This document shows positions 12,601 through 23,097 of a stretch of DNA of 64,000 bases, one piece after another. The notes under the pieces were generated by a model that was not told where the DNA came from, did no database searches, and was given only the letters and a program-made list of their open reading frames with translations. The stretch is from Paraspadella gotoi (taxonomy: Eukaryota > Animalia > Chaetognatha): positions 6,829,489-6,893,488 of the forward strand of contig CM119265.1 of assembly GCA_051294375.1 (NCBI GenBank). Direction: 5' to 3'. The position numbers were made by a program, and so were the translations under genes. The first letter of the stretch is position 1. Every line of letters begins with the position of its first letter.

Positions 12601-13367
12601 TTTACAAGGTCAGGTTTGACCATAAAGGAACTGGGGGAAAACGATCGAGGGTAAGGTTAAAGTAAGGTCAATGGTTTGACCGAGGTTGCGTGTTGTGGTT
12701 GTTCGTCCACAGTTTATTTGTTTATTTCCTACGATTTTTATTTTTACTTTTACATAGGGACATGTTTCGGCTTTGTGTATAAAAACGCTGATGAAGGCTT
12801 ATACACAAAGCCGAAACATGTCCCTATGTAAAAATAAAAATCGTTGTAAATAAACAAATAAACTTTGTTTTTCTCTAAAAAAAATATTTGAACACAATAA
12901 TTAATACCAATAATAGATTTGTTTATTGTTGTACTCATTAAAATTTGAATTTGGTCATCTACAGCTAGGAATGATGTACGATATCTATTAGAAAACTTGA
13001 ACCGAAGGTAATCTAACCTTGTGTTGTGTAGATGCACCCTCTATTTCCAGAAGGCAACACTAACGTCCCCATCCCAAACAGATACATAATATTATATTTA
13101 AATATTTAACACAAATATTTTAACAAATAAATAAAATCATAAGTAATTGTTAATTTTGCAACGTTTATAATTGTTTATATTATCAATAAAAACTTCTATC
13201 TTTCTTTTAATATTTGTAGGTATGAAAATCTGTGTTGTCTTCGCTGTATTCAAGTTCGCGATACGAATTTTGGAACAAACTGCATCTGTCGGGTGCCCAA
13301 AGGAAAACTGGAAGACGGCCGGATCGTCGAGTGTGTTCATTGCGGGTGCCGAGGGTGCTCGGGATGA
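9667..13367 (+). CDS. BUD31: Spliceosomal protein BUD31/G10; exons 9667-9819, 9937-10070, 13220-13367 (3.1-kb second intron)
   Basis: Manual translation [22 protein letters not shown]...[15 protein letters not shown]|[14 protein letters not shown]...KWKKQG|[11 protein letters not shown]...[13 protein letters not shown]. Exons 1 and 3 are not in the ORF track in this frame. Confidence 0.95.
11945..12385 (+). repeat. Interspersed repeat family A, copy 1 (copy 2 at about 41239-41665)
   Basis: Shared CTTTGTCAATGGG.TGGGTCAGAA, GGAACCTTCCCAA, AAATGGCTAGAAGCACTAGTAATTAA, AGCAGATTCAGATA, CTCTATCAGAATCAATT. Confidence 0.85.
12711..12864. repeat. About 150-bp imperfect palindrome containing the hammerhead motif
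   Basis: Arms AGTTTATTTGTTTATTT...TACATAGGGACATGTTTCGGCTTTGTGTAT and ATACACAAAGCCGAAACATGTCCCTATGTA...AAATAAACAAATAAACT. Confidence 0.9.
12786..12823 (+). ncRNA. Minimal type I hammerhead ribozyme motif (Penelope-like/retrozyme type) in BUD31 intron 2
   Basis: CTGATGA-A-GGCTT/AAGCC (stem II)-GAAA-CATGTC, with palindromic ACATGT helix III. Stem I is weak. Confidence 0.7.
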
Positions 13368-13580
13368 AATCCTTCCATAAACTATTATTTTTCACATGTG
13401 GTATTTTTTATCACTTACCTTTTTTCCTAAACTATGTAATGGGTGTCCTTGTTTTCTGTTACAATAAAACGGAAACATTGACAGTCGTTCGTTGTACAAT
13501 ATTAACTTGTTTATAACCCTTGTAGAAAGCATTCGGTTCAAACACGTACTTAAAACGAATTTAAAAAAACTTTCATAGCC

Positions 13581-14595
13581 ATGTCGACCACAAGCTCCAA
13601 ACCCGATTTCAAGCAGCCCGCTGTTCAATGGGCTCAACGGGCAGACTGCGTCTGGCTCACCATTATTGTAGAAAACTGTACCGTGCCGATCATCAAGATC
13701 CTTCCGAATCGATTGTCCTTCAAGGGCAAGGGTGGACCGCACGGCGGCGAAGAAAAATTCTACTCTTGTGAGTTGGACTTTTACGCTTCGCTGTTGCCCG
13801 GTGCCTGCAAATACTCAGACCCGAAGAAAAACAAAAATTCCCGCGCGATAGTATTTAAGCTTGTCAAGAAAGAAGAGGGTTGGTGGCCGCGACTTTTGGA
13901 AACCAACGTCAAACAACATTGGCTCAAGGTTGACTTTAATCGATGGGCCGATCCAGTGGACGCGGAAGATTCAGACGTCGAGGAACAGGTTCTGACTTTT
14001 GGCTTTTTTAGCATTAGTTATCGTAGTATATGTGAATTGCGTACCTAAAATGTGGTTGTGGGGTTTTAATTATATGTAAATAATTTTAATTGGTTAGCGT
14101 TCTAACGGGGACGCCAACTAGATTAGGACTCACACTCGAACACGTACTTTCTATGATAATAAATACACGATGCTCACAGGGCTGAAAGGGAAAACAATAA
14201 TATAAATAGACATGAATCAAATAGACAATGTTTAATAATAATATGCATCGGTAAGTTTAGAGTCTTTGAGATTGTCCATGATATTGTCTCCATCACTAAC
14301 AGAATTGAATTATCAGAAGCATTAAAAATTGAGGCCGTTAGAGGTGAAGCATTACATTTTGTTTCAGGAATGGCAGAAGAAGATGCAAGAAAAAATGGAT
14401 TTGGATTTGGAAAGGGAGTTGATCTCCGCAGAGGCCGAACAAATGCTACAAAAAAAGAACAAAAACATCAGAAAGGATCAGTATGGAAGACCAGAACTTG
14501 GAGCTCTCGACTCCGATGAAGAAGATGAAGCGGAAGAGGATGAGGAAGGAAAAGTCCGACCTCTCTCTGAGAAAGAAAAAGCCGATTTGGACTGA
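13581..14595 (+). CDS. PTGES3: p23/PTGES3-like HSP90 co-chaperone (CS domain, acidic tail); exons 13581-13988, 14368-14595
   Basis: PAVQWAQR, WWPRLL, HWLKVDFNRW motifs. GT-AG intron 13989-14367; acidic C-terminus. Confidence 0.85.
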
Positions 14596-14842
14596 TTGTT
14601 ATTAAAATAACAAAAAAATATTTATTTCATTTCATTTAAATTATTCAACATCAAGCTTGCTGTTTTCCTTGTCTGATTCTTTAAGATCTAGTATTTTGCC
14701 GTGTTTGATATTGTGATCGACCCGTTTCGCTTTTTCTAGGCTTCCTCACCATGAGTGCCTCGTATTTGAATAAATTTAAAACTTTTTTTTTTATATTTTT
14801 TATTCGTTTTGTATTTTTAAGAATTTTTCTGAATATTAAAGT

Positions 14843-15641
14843 ATGACGGAACGTGCTCCGTTAAAAATACTTTGCATCCATGGTTATAGACAAAACGAAG
14901 CGACTTTTCGACAAAAATTAGGTTCGCGTTTGTTTTTCAAAAAAAGCTCAAGTTTGTGGTTAAAAAAGTCGACTTGATTGTTAGGCGCATTTCGCAAAGC
15001 ATGTGGGCCGAAGCGGGCAGAATTCGTTTTCATCGATGCGCCTCATCGCGTTCCAGAAAACTTAGAAGAAAGTGCTTCAAAGGAAGACGGCCGCGAGCAG
15101 CAGAGAGGGTGGTGGTTCTCGGTCGAGGTTCATTTATCTTCAATGATTTTTGTTACGATTTTTTGTTCAAGTGTTTCATTTTCCACTTATCAAGACCGAC
15201 CGTCTTAGCTTCAACGCCTTGGAAAGCTCTAACATCTGTCCCGGGTTCGATCAAAGTCTTCGGACGATCGAGGACGCGGAGCGCACTCTGGGACCCTTCG
15301 ATGGCGTGCTCGGCTTTTCTCAAGGCGCCGCAATGGTAGGATTATATTTGGCGACAAAGAGGGAGACATCCTTCAAATTCGTCGTTTACGTGGCCAGCTT
15401 TCGTTCTAAATCCTCCGCTCACGACTCGCTTTACGAAAAAAAGATTTCAATTCCTTCGCTTCACGTCTTCGGCGACTCGGACGCTGTCATACCGAAACCA
15501 ATGAGCCTCGAATTCCTCGAATACCACGAAAATCCGCGGACATTGAACCACTCTGGTGGACATTTTCTCCCTACGGCGGGTCCACAGAAAAAGGTCTTCA
15601 ACGCCTTTCTCGACGAGATGCTGGAACTTTTGAGAAGATAA
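14843..15641 (+). CDS. OVCA2: OVCA2/FSH1 family serine hydrolase; exons 14843-14921, 14985-15127, 15195-15641
   Basis: LKILCIHGYRQN, FIDAPH, RGWWF, GPFDGVLGFSQGA (GxSxG), PSLHVFGDSD, HSGGH. Introns of 63 and 67 nt. Confidence 0.9.
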
Positions 15642-15716
15642 ACTATATTCCCCTGTTTGGATAGTAATGAAAAGCTTGTTTGTTTGCTTTCCTTTAGGCA
15701 GCGTTACAGATAAGCC

Positions 15717-17189
15717 ATGAGTGATAAGACCAGTTTCCATCTTGATGTCGACCCCGATGTGGCGGCGAAGGAGACTGAAGACCGGGTAGAAAGAAGTTGG
15801 ATCAGATTGACCGAGAACGGCGTCCATGTTAAAGTAAATGACGAGACATTTTCTCGGCGGCCGACGAGGACCAAGTTTTTTTTCAATCCTCGTATGATTA
15901 CGAACCGCGAGATAACCTTGTTATCGCTAGCCGCGATTTGCGAGGAGAGGAGAGAAAAGACGGACACCGCCTCGCAAGAAACGCCGGCGGTGGAGGCATT
16001 GGACGCCTTCGCCTCTTCGGGAATCGGCGGAATGCGTTGGAAAAAGATTCTCGGGTCCAAAGCCAAAGTATTTCTGTGCGAAAACGAAAAAACGACATTC
16101 GATCGGATGGTTACCAACTGCCAAGATAACGGTCTCGATCCGTCCATTTCCGAGGATTTTCTCGATTGCTCCGACGATTGTGGACTTTTTGCCGCCTTTC
16201 AAGATTGTAACCTCATTATGATGACGCAAGGATTCGACTTTATTCACCTGGATCCTTTCGGGTGCGCCACTCACCACTTCGACTCATGCTTCAAGAACGT
16301 TCGTAATGGCGGCGTCGTCGTGATCACCTCCACTGATACAGGGTCGCTCTTCGGAAAAGTTCCAGCCGTTACGAGGCGTAACTATGACGCTTTCGTAGCC
16401 AGGACGGAATATTTTCGCGAGCTCGCCGCTCGTCTGGTAGTGGGCGCGGCTGCTCGAGCAGCCGCTCGATGTAACAAAGGATTGCGGGTACTCTACGCCG
16501 TCGCGATGGAGCATTTTGTGCAGGTTGCCGTCCGCGTTCAACGAGGGGCACAACACGCCGATGTCAGTATAGAAAAAGTCGGAAAGATTCTTCATTGCCT
16601 CGTCTGTGAGGAAAGAGCTGTTTTTCCTAACTCTAATCATCCGCTGGACGCGACGAGTTACTCTGCTCTTAACTGCGATTGCACGCAGCAAGGCAAGAAT
16701 CGCATTTTCCTTGGTCCTTTGTGGTGCGGATCGATTTTTGACTCGGATTTTATCGAAAAGATGGGCGCTGTCTCAAAGAGCGTGGAATGCTGTCCCAAGA
16801 CTAAAGAAATAATCGCCTTGCTCATTAACGAAGCCGCTTGCCCCAGGTCTCAAAGCGAGACCGACCACAACAAGCACACAAGCAATTCGCCGTCGGGGTT
16901 GCCCGCGGGGAGCAAAAGGGCCAGTCAGAATCTCTCCTTCCCTTCGAAACGAATTAGAACCGAATCTCCCATTCATGAGCCCATGTTTTATTATTCGACC
17001 CATATTCACGTACCCAAAGGGTTGGAATTGATTAAAATGCCAAGATTAGTGGAGCTTTTGAGGCAGGAGGGGTTTCGAGCGAGCAGGACTCACTTCGACA
17101 CAATGGCTGTGAGAACCGACGCTTCGGCGAATGAATTAAAAAAGGTGCTCGCGAAACATTGCAAACCTATTCCTTCGAATAGAAATTGA
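15717..17189 (+). CDS. TRMT1L: tRNA (guanine-N2) dimethyltransferase family, TRMT1-like; single exon
   Basis: FFNPRM..NR, LDAF..SG, FDFIHLDPFG, TSTD, GPLW.G, GFRASRTHFD..AVRTDA. Confidence 0.85.
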   Translation: MSDKTSFHLDVDPDVAAKETEDRVERSWIRLTENGVHVKVNDETFSRRPTRTKFFFNPRMITNREITLLSLAAICEERREKTDTASQETPAVEALDAFASSGIGGMRWKKILGSKAKVFLCENEKTTFDRMVTNCQDNGLDPSISEDFLDCSDDCGLFAAFQDCNLIMMTQGFDFIHLDPFGCATHHFDSCFKNVRNGGVVVITSTDTGSLFGKVPAVTRRNYDAFVARTEYFRELAARLVVGAAARAAARCNKGLRVLYAVAMEHFVQVAVRVQRGAQHADVSIEKVGKILHCLVCEERAVFPNSNHPLDATSYSALNCDCTQQGKNRIFLGPLWCGSIFDSDFIEKMGAVSKSVECCPKTKEIIALLINEAACPRSQSETDHNKHTSNSPSGLPAGSKRASQNLSFPSKRIRTESPIHEPMFYYSTHIHVPKGLELIKMPRLVELLRQEGFRASRTHFDTMAVRTDASANELKKVLAKHCKPIPSNRN

Positions 17190-17319
17190 ATTTCGATTCA
17201 CCGTGACTTTTTTTTACGTACAGTCCTATTCAGAAAAAAAAAACACGCCACTTTATAACTTTAAATTCCAGACGTTCTATAAAAAAATTTTTAAAAAATT
17301 GTATAATTTAAAAAATTGT

Positions 17320-17453
17320 TTGACTTTTGTACAACGAATTTTATTATTAATATGCAGACATGTTTCGACTCAATTACGAGTCTTCATCAGCGCTTAAAAT
17401 TGAGTCGAAACATGTCTGCATATTAATAATAAAATTTGTTGTACAAAAGTCAA
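17320..17453. repeat. About 134-bp near-perfect palindrome containing the hammerhead motif
   Basis: TTGACTTTTGTACAAC...GACATGTTTCGACTCAATT and AATTGAGTCGAAACATGTC...GTTGTACAAAAGTCAA. Confidence 0.92.
17354..17393 (-). ncRNA. Minimal type I hammerhead ribozyme motif
   Basis: Reverse complement reads GCG-CTGATGA-A-GACTC-GTAATT-GAGTC-GAAA-CATGTC-TGC. Confidence 0.75.
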
Positions 17454-18529
17454 GGAAAAAGAAAGAATAAAAAATTGTATAAAAAAAAAAGAATCTGTGT
17501 TTAATTTTTATTACAATCGGTCCAGTTGTTTAAGATTTTTTAAACTTGAGTATTTCAAAACCAAATAGGAAAATCAACTTTTAATCTACACAGATTTTTT
17601 TTAACTAAAAAAACTATAAAATAAAAAAGGGTGTCTTTGTGGTTGTAAAAAAGCTTTTCACATTCAGATTGCTTAGATATATTCTATTTTATTATATCTT
17701 TAAGATGAACTAAAATTTTAAAACTTTTTTTTTTATAAAATATATCTTTTGACAGTAAGGTTTTATTCAAATACTATTTTTTTTTTTTTTTTTTTGTAAT
17801 TCGATCATGCCATTGATGAGCACTTAATTAAGAAAATAAACCAGCTGGATTACTGGAAGTTGGAAAATATAAAATGTTAGCGATTTTTTATTTTGGTGCA
17901 AAATCTGAAATCGTTATATCAGATAATTTAGCCACAGTGTTTGAACATTTCATTTTACTCCCATTTGAAATCCGTGTAAAACTGTAAATGCTTCAGAATA
18001 TGGACCCGGATAGCCCAATTTTAATAAAATTTATGCCAAACTTATCATCTTTTAATAAACTTTAAAACATTTTGAAGTTTTTTTGTTTTTTTTAAATTAA
18101 GTATATACTATATAGGGGGATTTTTTTAAGTTTGAAATAAAGTGGCGAATTTTTTTGGAACAGGACTGTATTTAATTTTGCTTCTTATGTCTGTGCTTTA
18201 ATTCTGTTTCATTCTCATTAAAATGCATATCATATCATGTAAAGAGAAACCAAAACGTTTTATTGTTGCACTGAGATTCTTCAATTAGCGTTTATATACT
18301 TTTCTGTATTGTAGACGTCTTCTTTGGAAAGCTATCTTTCAAGGGCTTGTTTGCCAGTACTGTCAAATGTCAATTGATAATTATAAATGACTGTCTTATT
18401 ATACAAGATAATACTTGGACAAGATAAAATTTGTGATTTTAGCATTGATTTTCTTTATTTTTGGTACGTCATCGTTGATAGGCATGACTTTATAACATTT
18501 TTTTCCCCGTTTTATAACAGACAAAAAAT

Positions 18530-20953
18530 ATGGCGAAGGTCGAATGCGTTTACACGAGCGCTTCTGCAAATCCTTTGCCACACAATTTAGATTGGTCAAA
18601 AACCGGATTTGTCGCCTTTGGATCTTGCAATTCGATAGTCTTGTGTCGATCTGACCTCTTGCGAGCCGTTAATACGCTCGTTGGTCATCTCCAACGCGTC
18701 AACTGCGTCAAGTGGGTCAGGGATTTTTCCGACGGCGGTGATCAAGATCTCGTTTCGGGTTCCTGCGACAAAAAAGTCAAAGTTTGGACTAAAGACGGAG
18801 CCGACTATGTTCTCGCGCAAACTCTCGAAGGTCACGACGAGGCTGTCAACGTCGTCGACGCGTTGAGATTCGTGGAGGGTTCTTCGGCTCGAACATTGAT
18901 CGCCTCTACCGGTACTGACGCCACCGTTAGAATTTGGCAAAAGACCCGTGACAACGAATCTTTTTCCCCCACGTGTCTCTTAAAGCTCCACCATACTTTC
19001 TCCTTGGCTCTGCACTGGACGCTCGCGCCCGGCACCTCGTCCAAGCCACTTGTCTTCGTTGCCGGCGACGATTCTAACGCTCATGTCTTCGCCGAAGAAA
19101 AAGACGGAAATTTTATTAAAGTGCAAACGTTAAGTGGCCACGAAGATTGGGTGCGAGGTTTAGATGTCGCTCGTCGTTCGGACGAGTTGCTGATCGCAAC
19201 AGGGGGCCAAGATGCCCTCGTTAGACTCTGGACTTTAAAGGAATGGCGGGAGGACGAACTGGATCCCAACGACATCAGGCTGAAGGCGCATTGCTTCTCA
19301 CTCGGCTCTGGCGAAGCGGCGAAAAAATTTGGCGTAGTATTAGAGTCGGTGCTCGTCGGCCATGAAAACAGTATCTATGGCGTGTGTTGGGATGCGAAAG
19401 GAAAGACTCTTCTCACAGCCTCGATGGACAAGACTGTTATTCTCTGGAACCAAGACTCGGTTTCTGGCTTGTGGATGGACGATGTTCGCGTCGGAGAGGT
19501 GGGAGGCAACACCCTTGGCTTTTACGGTGGCCTCTTCTCCCCGATGGACGACGCTTTCTTGGGGTACGACTATCAAGGCGCCATCCACTTATGGAAGCGA
19601 CACGAGGACACTTGGCGTCCCCGCTTTGTCCTTGGTGGTCACTTTCGCTCGGTTGAGGACGTGGCATGGGATCCGTTCGACGGCGGCTATGGCATTTTTT
19701 CGGTTTCTTTAGATCAGACCACTCGACTACACGCGCCATGGAAGACAGAGATTAGGGAAGATTCGACGTGGCAAGAAATAGCTCGTCCACAGATTCACGG
19801 ATACGACATGACTTGCGTGGCTGCTATTGCTCCCGGATTCGCCATCGTTTCCGGAGCGGAGGAAAAGCTATTGCGAATTTTTCGGGCGCCGTTGAATTTC
19901 CTGGAGAATGTGCAAGAGTTAAGCACCGTTCGCGTAGACGAAGAACGGAAGCGGCAAGCCGGAAAAATAGCTATTGGCGCTGCCGTGCCCGCTTTGGGGC
20001 TTTCCAACAAGGCTATCGTCGACGAAACATGCAACACCAATCTAGAAGATGAGAGAATCATTCAACCGCATCCGAGCGAACAATTCGGCAAGGGTCACGT
20101 ATTTCATAGAATCTCTTTGCACGAACCGCCTTTGGAAACGGATCTTCTTCAGAACACCCTCTGGCCCGAGGTTCATAAGTTATACGGTCATGGGAACGAA
20201 GTATTTTGCGTGGCTTCGTCAATTGACGGAACTATTGTAGCGTCCGCCTGCAAAGCTTCACAACCAGATCAAGCTTCTATTCTTTTGTGGACTTCGACCA
20301 CCTGGCGTAATATCGGCTCCGTCAACGCTCATTCTCTCACCGTCACGCAGATGGCGTTTTCTCGCACCAGCGATGCCACTTCGGGTCATTTGCTCCTTTC
20401 CGTTTCGCGCGATAGAACATTGGCTGTGACTCAAGTAATTTTCGGTCTCGATGAGAACTCGTTTAATTTTGAAACGCTTTTTAAAACTGACAAACGAACT
20501 TGCATTCACGGAAGGATTATATGGGCGTGTGATTGGTCCTATGACGACAGTTTTTTTGTCACCTCGTCCAGGGACAAAAAAGTCATCGCTTGGCGACGCC
20601 AAGGGTCTTCCTTTTCGAGCGTGCAACCCGCCCTATCACTGCCTGATTCCTGCACGGCCGTAGCCTGTGCCCCTAACAATATTCCGGTTGGCGACGAACA
20701 CGCTCACTTGATTGCGGTTGGTCTTGATGATGGGCGAATTTTCTTGCACTCGTTCGATCCTTTCACAGGACATTTTTCCGAACTCTTCCGCTTTTCCGTA
20801 AATATGTCGCATCATCTTACCGTTAAAAGGCTTAGTTTTCGCCCTAAATGTAGAACTGCTGAAACAAAGGACTCTGATAAAAATTTATTTCAGCTGGCGT
20901 CATGCGGCGCCGACACTCACGTGCGGATATATAACATATTTTTGTTGAATTAA
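18530..20953 (+). CDS. ELP2: Elongator complex protein 2 (WD40); single exon
   Basis: GHEDWVR, RVGEVGGNTLGFYG, EIARPQIHGYD, VPALGLSNKA, QNTLWPEVHKLYGHG. Confidence 0.95.
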   Translation: MAKVECVYTSASANPLPHNLDWSKTGFVAFGSCNSIVLCRSDLLRAVNTLVGHLQRVNCVKWVRDFSDGGDQDLVSGSCDKKVKVWTKDGADYVLAQTLEGHDEAVNVVDALRFVEGSSARTLIASTGTDATVRIWQKTRDNESFSPTCLLKLHHTFSLALHWTLAPGTSSKPLVFVAGDDSNAHVFAEEKDGNFIKVQTLSGHEDWVRGLDVARRSDELLIATGGQDALVRLWTLKEWREDELDPNDIRLKAHCFSLGSGEAAKKFGVVLESVLVGHENSIYGVCWDAKGKTLLTASMDKTVILWNQDSVSGLWMDDVRVGEVGGNTLGFYGGLFSPMDDAFLGYDYQGAIHLWKRHEDTWRPRFVLGGHFRSVEDVAWDPFDGGYGIFSVSLDQTTRLHAPWKTEIREDSTWQEIARPQIHGYDMTCVAAIAPGFAIVSGAEEKLLRIFRAPLNFLENVQELSTVRVDEERKRQAGKIAIGAAVPALGLSNKAIVDETCNTNLEDERIIQPHPSEQFGKGHVFHRISLHEPPLETDLLQNTLWPEVHKLYGHGNEVFCVASSIDGTIVASACKASQPDQASILLWTSTTWRNIGSVNAHSLTVTQMAFSRTSDATSGHLLLSVSRDRTLAVTQVIFGLDENSFNFETLFKTDKRTCIHGRIIWACDWSYDDSFFVTSSRDKKVIAWRRQGSSFSSVQPALSLPDSCTAVACAPNNIPVGDEHAHLIAVGLDDGRIFLHSFDPFTGHFSELFRFSVNMSHHLTVKRLSFRPKCRTAETKDSDKNLFQLASCGADTHVRIYNIFLLN

Positions 20954-21035
20954 TAATTTTTTGAGCTTTTTTCCTAATCTGTGATAAGTTGATGCCATTT
21001 TTATCAGAAATGTATTAAAAAGTCCCGCGCAAGTC

Positions 21036-22586
21036 ATGGCGACTTCGTCGAACGACCGTATTTCCGTCGCATCTTCTTTCACTGTTGAAGAAGACGAAAA
21101 TCCGGGAAACTTTTCCTCATTGACCTCGACGGAGCCTTATCCGGGACCTGGAGTCATCGAGAGCGCCACCGTATATATGAAAAACTGGGTACGTCAAGGC
21201 TACCTCGATTTCCTTTCCGCCTGCAACGACGACGGCGGCGGCGGCGTCGCAGTCAAGGCATCGTCTCCCGACTCTAAAGCAACTACGGGCGACGCTTCTG
21301 CCGAGTATGATGCTATTCCTCCTACCGAGGAGATATGTACCGTCCTGGGCCGCCGCTACAGCGCGCTCAATCACCGCGCTTCTTTGATGAAAGACTTAGA
21401 GACTCGTCTCTGGTTCACCTACCGTCGCGGGTTCCCACCCATTGGTGGCACCGGCCCCACCACCGACACCGGGTGGGGATGCATGCTCCGTTGCGGCCAG
21501 ATGATGCTGGCTCAGACTCTTATGGATCGACATTTAGGGCGTGATTGGCGTTGGGATCCAAAAGGAGTTAAACGAGGAGGATCCTACGAGGGCATCCTAA
21601 AGTTATTTCAGGACAAAAAAGACGCTCTTTACAGCATTCATCAGATCGCACAAATGGGGCAATCAGAGGGAAAACCCGTCGGCAGCTGGTTCGGCCCTAA
21701 CACCGTGGCGCAGGTCATCAGAAAACTTTCCATCTACGATGACTGGTCCTCGATTTGCGTCTATGTGGCGATGGACAATACTGTCGTCATAGAAGATATT
21801 GAAACTCTCTGCACTCGGTCGATTCCTCATCCCGCAACCGACGACTCCCTTGAAAAGGACGTTGACTCGCCTCCTCCTAGTCTTTCGTCGATTATCCTTG
21901 GCAAGGACCTCGTCACATCTGCTGATTTGCATTCCTTCTTTCCAACTTCCCAACGACAGTGGCATCCTTTGCTTTTGGTTGTCCCGCTGCGCCTAGGACT
22001 GTCTGAAATTAACCCAATGTATCAGGAACCCCTTAAAACTTGCCTATCTATGCGGCAGTCGGTCGGTATGATCGGCGGTACACCCAACCACGCCCATTAC
22101 TTTGTTGGCCACGTTGGTGACTCGCTTTTTTATTTCGACCCTCATACGACTCAGCCCTTCGTGGATTTAGATGAAGTAGCGTTATTTTACGATACCGACG
22201 ATTCGCCCGATATCGTTGCATCCGACACAGTGCTCGACCGCCCCTTTGAGCCGCCTCGGTTGCGTGGCGACGACACTTATCATCGCCCCTTGCCCGAGAG
22301 GATGAGAATGATGGACCTGGATCCTTCCGTTGCCGTCGGATTCTTCTGTAAGGACGAAGCCGATTTTCGACATCTTTGTTCGGCGATTGAAAATGACATT
22401 GCCGGAGCCAGTGCCCGGCCTTTGTTCGAGATAAGTCGTACTCACCCACCACACTGGCCTCCCTTCGAACCCTACCCCTCGGCTTCCCCTAGTTCGATGA
22501 GGGGCGCCGCTGCCTCCATCGCCGAATTTATGCTTGTCGAGTCGGAGAGACATTACGACACTGACGATGAGTTCGAACTCTTGTAA
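21036..22586 (+). CDS. ATG4B: Cysteine protease ATG4 (peptidase C54); single exon
   Basis: WFTYRRGF, DTGWGCMLRCGQM (catalytic Cys), YSIHQIAQMG, DPH motif, C-terminal LIR-like DDEFELL. Confidence 0.92.
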   Translation: MATSSNDRISVASSFTVEEDENPGNFSSLTSTEPYPGPGVIESATVYMKNWVRQGYLDFLSACNDDGGGGVAVKASSPDSKATTGDASAEYDAIPPTEEICTVLGRRYSALNHRASLMKDLETRLWFTYRRGFPPIGGTGPTTDTGWGCMLRCGQMMLAQTLMDRHLGRDWRWDPKGVKRGGSYEGILKLFQDKKDALYSIHQIAQMGQSEGKPVGSWFGPNTVAQVIRKLSIYDDWSSICVYVAMDNTVVIEDIETLCTRSIPHPATDDSLEKDVDSPPPSLSSIILGKDLVTSADLHSFFPTSQRQWHPLLLVVPLRLGLSEINPMYQEPLKTCLSMRQSVGMIGGTPNHAHYFVGHVGDSLFYFDPHTTQPFVDLDEVALFYDTDDSPDIVASDTVLDRPFEPPRLRGDDTYHRPLPERMRMMDLDPSVAVGFFCKDEADFRHLCSAIENDIAGASARPLFEISRTHPPHWPPFEPYPSASPSSMRGAAASIAEFMLVESERHYDTDDEFELL

Positions 22587-23097
22587 AGGAAATTTTTGGA
22601 GCTAATTTTCTTTTCTTGACTGTCATTATGTTATACTAACGCTGTAAAGACGGTTTTTTTTATTTTAAATATTATATGTTGAAATGTATAATTCAGAGTG
22701 AAAATCTAAATTTGACTTCTTCATTGTTATTTAAAGCTATAAGCTGAATTAATCCTGTTGCTAAATTCTAATTTTAATGTGGTCTTCATTGTGGGTAAAT
22801 TATGATAAAATTTGTAGTGGAAATGATGTTCGAAGCTCAAAAGAAAATACGAAAATTCAGATCTTTTCGGATGCAAAAATTGATGTAGATTACTTCTCTC
22901 CGCATAAATGGAAGTTTTTCATTTCGATTTGTTAATTACGTGGGACAACACAACGATTCCTCATAATTCCCCTTTGAAATTCCGGCCGGTTCTAAGTCAT
23001 AAGTGCGTATCGAATTATTTATCTACGTTTTGATAAATTTTAGCTTTTAGGTGCCTATTGATTAAGTGCCGTTCCATATCGGTTTCAAATATTGACA

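Larger units (their letters stand above)
17221..18168. mobile_element. Non-autonomous Tc1/mariner-type element (MITE)
   Basis: TIRs CAGTCCTATTCAGAAAA..CGCCACTTTA and TAAAGTGGCG..TTTTGGAACAGGACTG, flanked by TA on both sides. Confidence 0.8.

Noticed and set aside
14088-14190. Hairpin and C/D-like boxes in the p23 intron
   Set aside because: Box C is imperfect and the C-to-D spacing of about 35 nt is too short for a snoRNA.
20954-22605. Sm-site-like AATTTTT(G)GAG just after the ELP2 and ATG4 stops (also near 54763)
   Set aside because: Short, expected by chance in AT-rich DNA, and no SL or snRNA hairpin context was seen.
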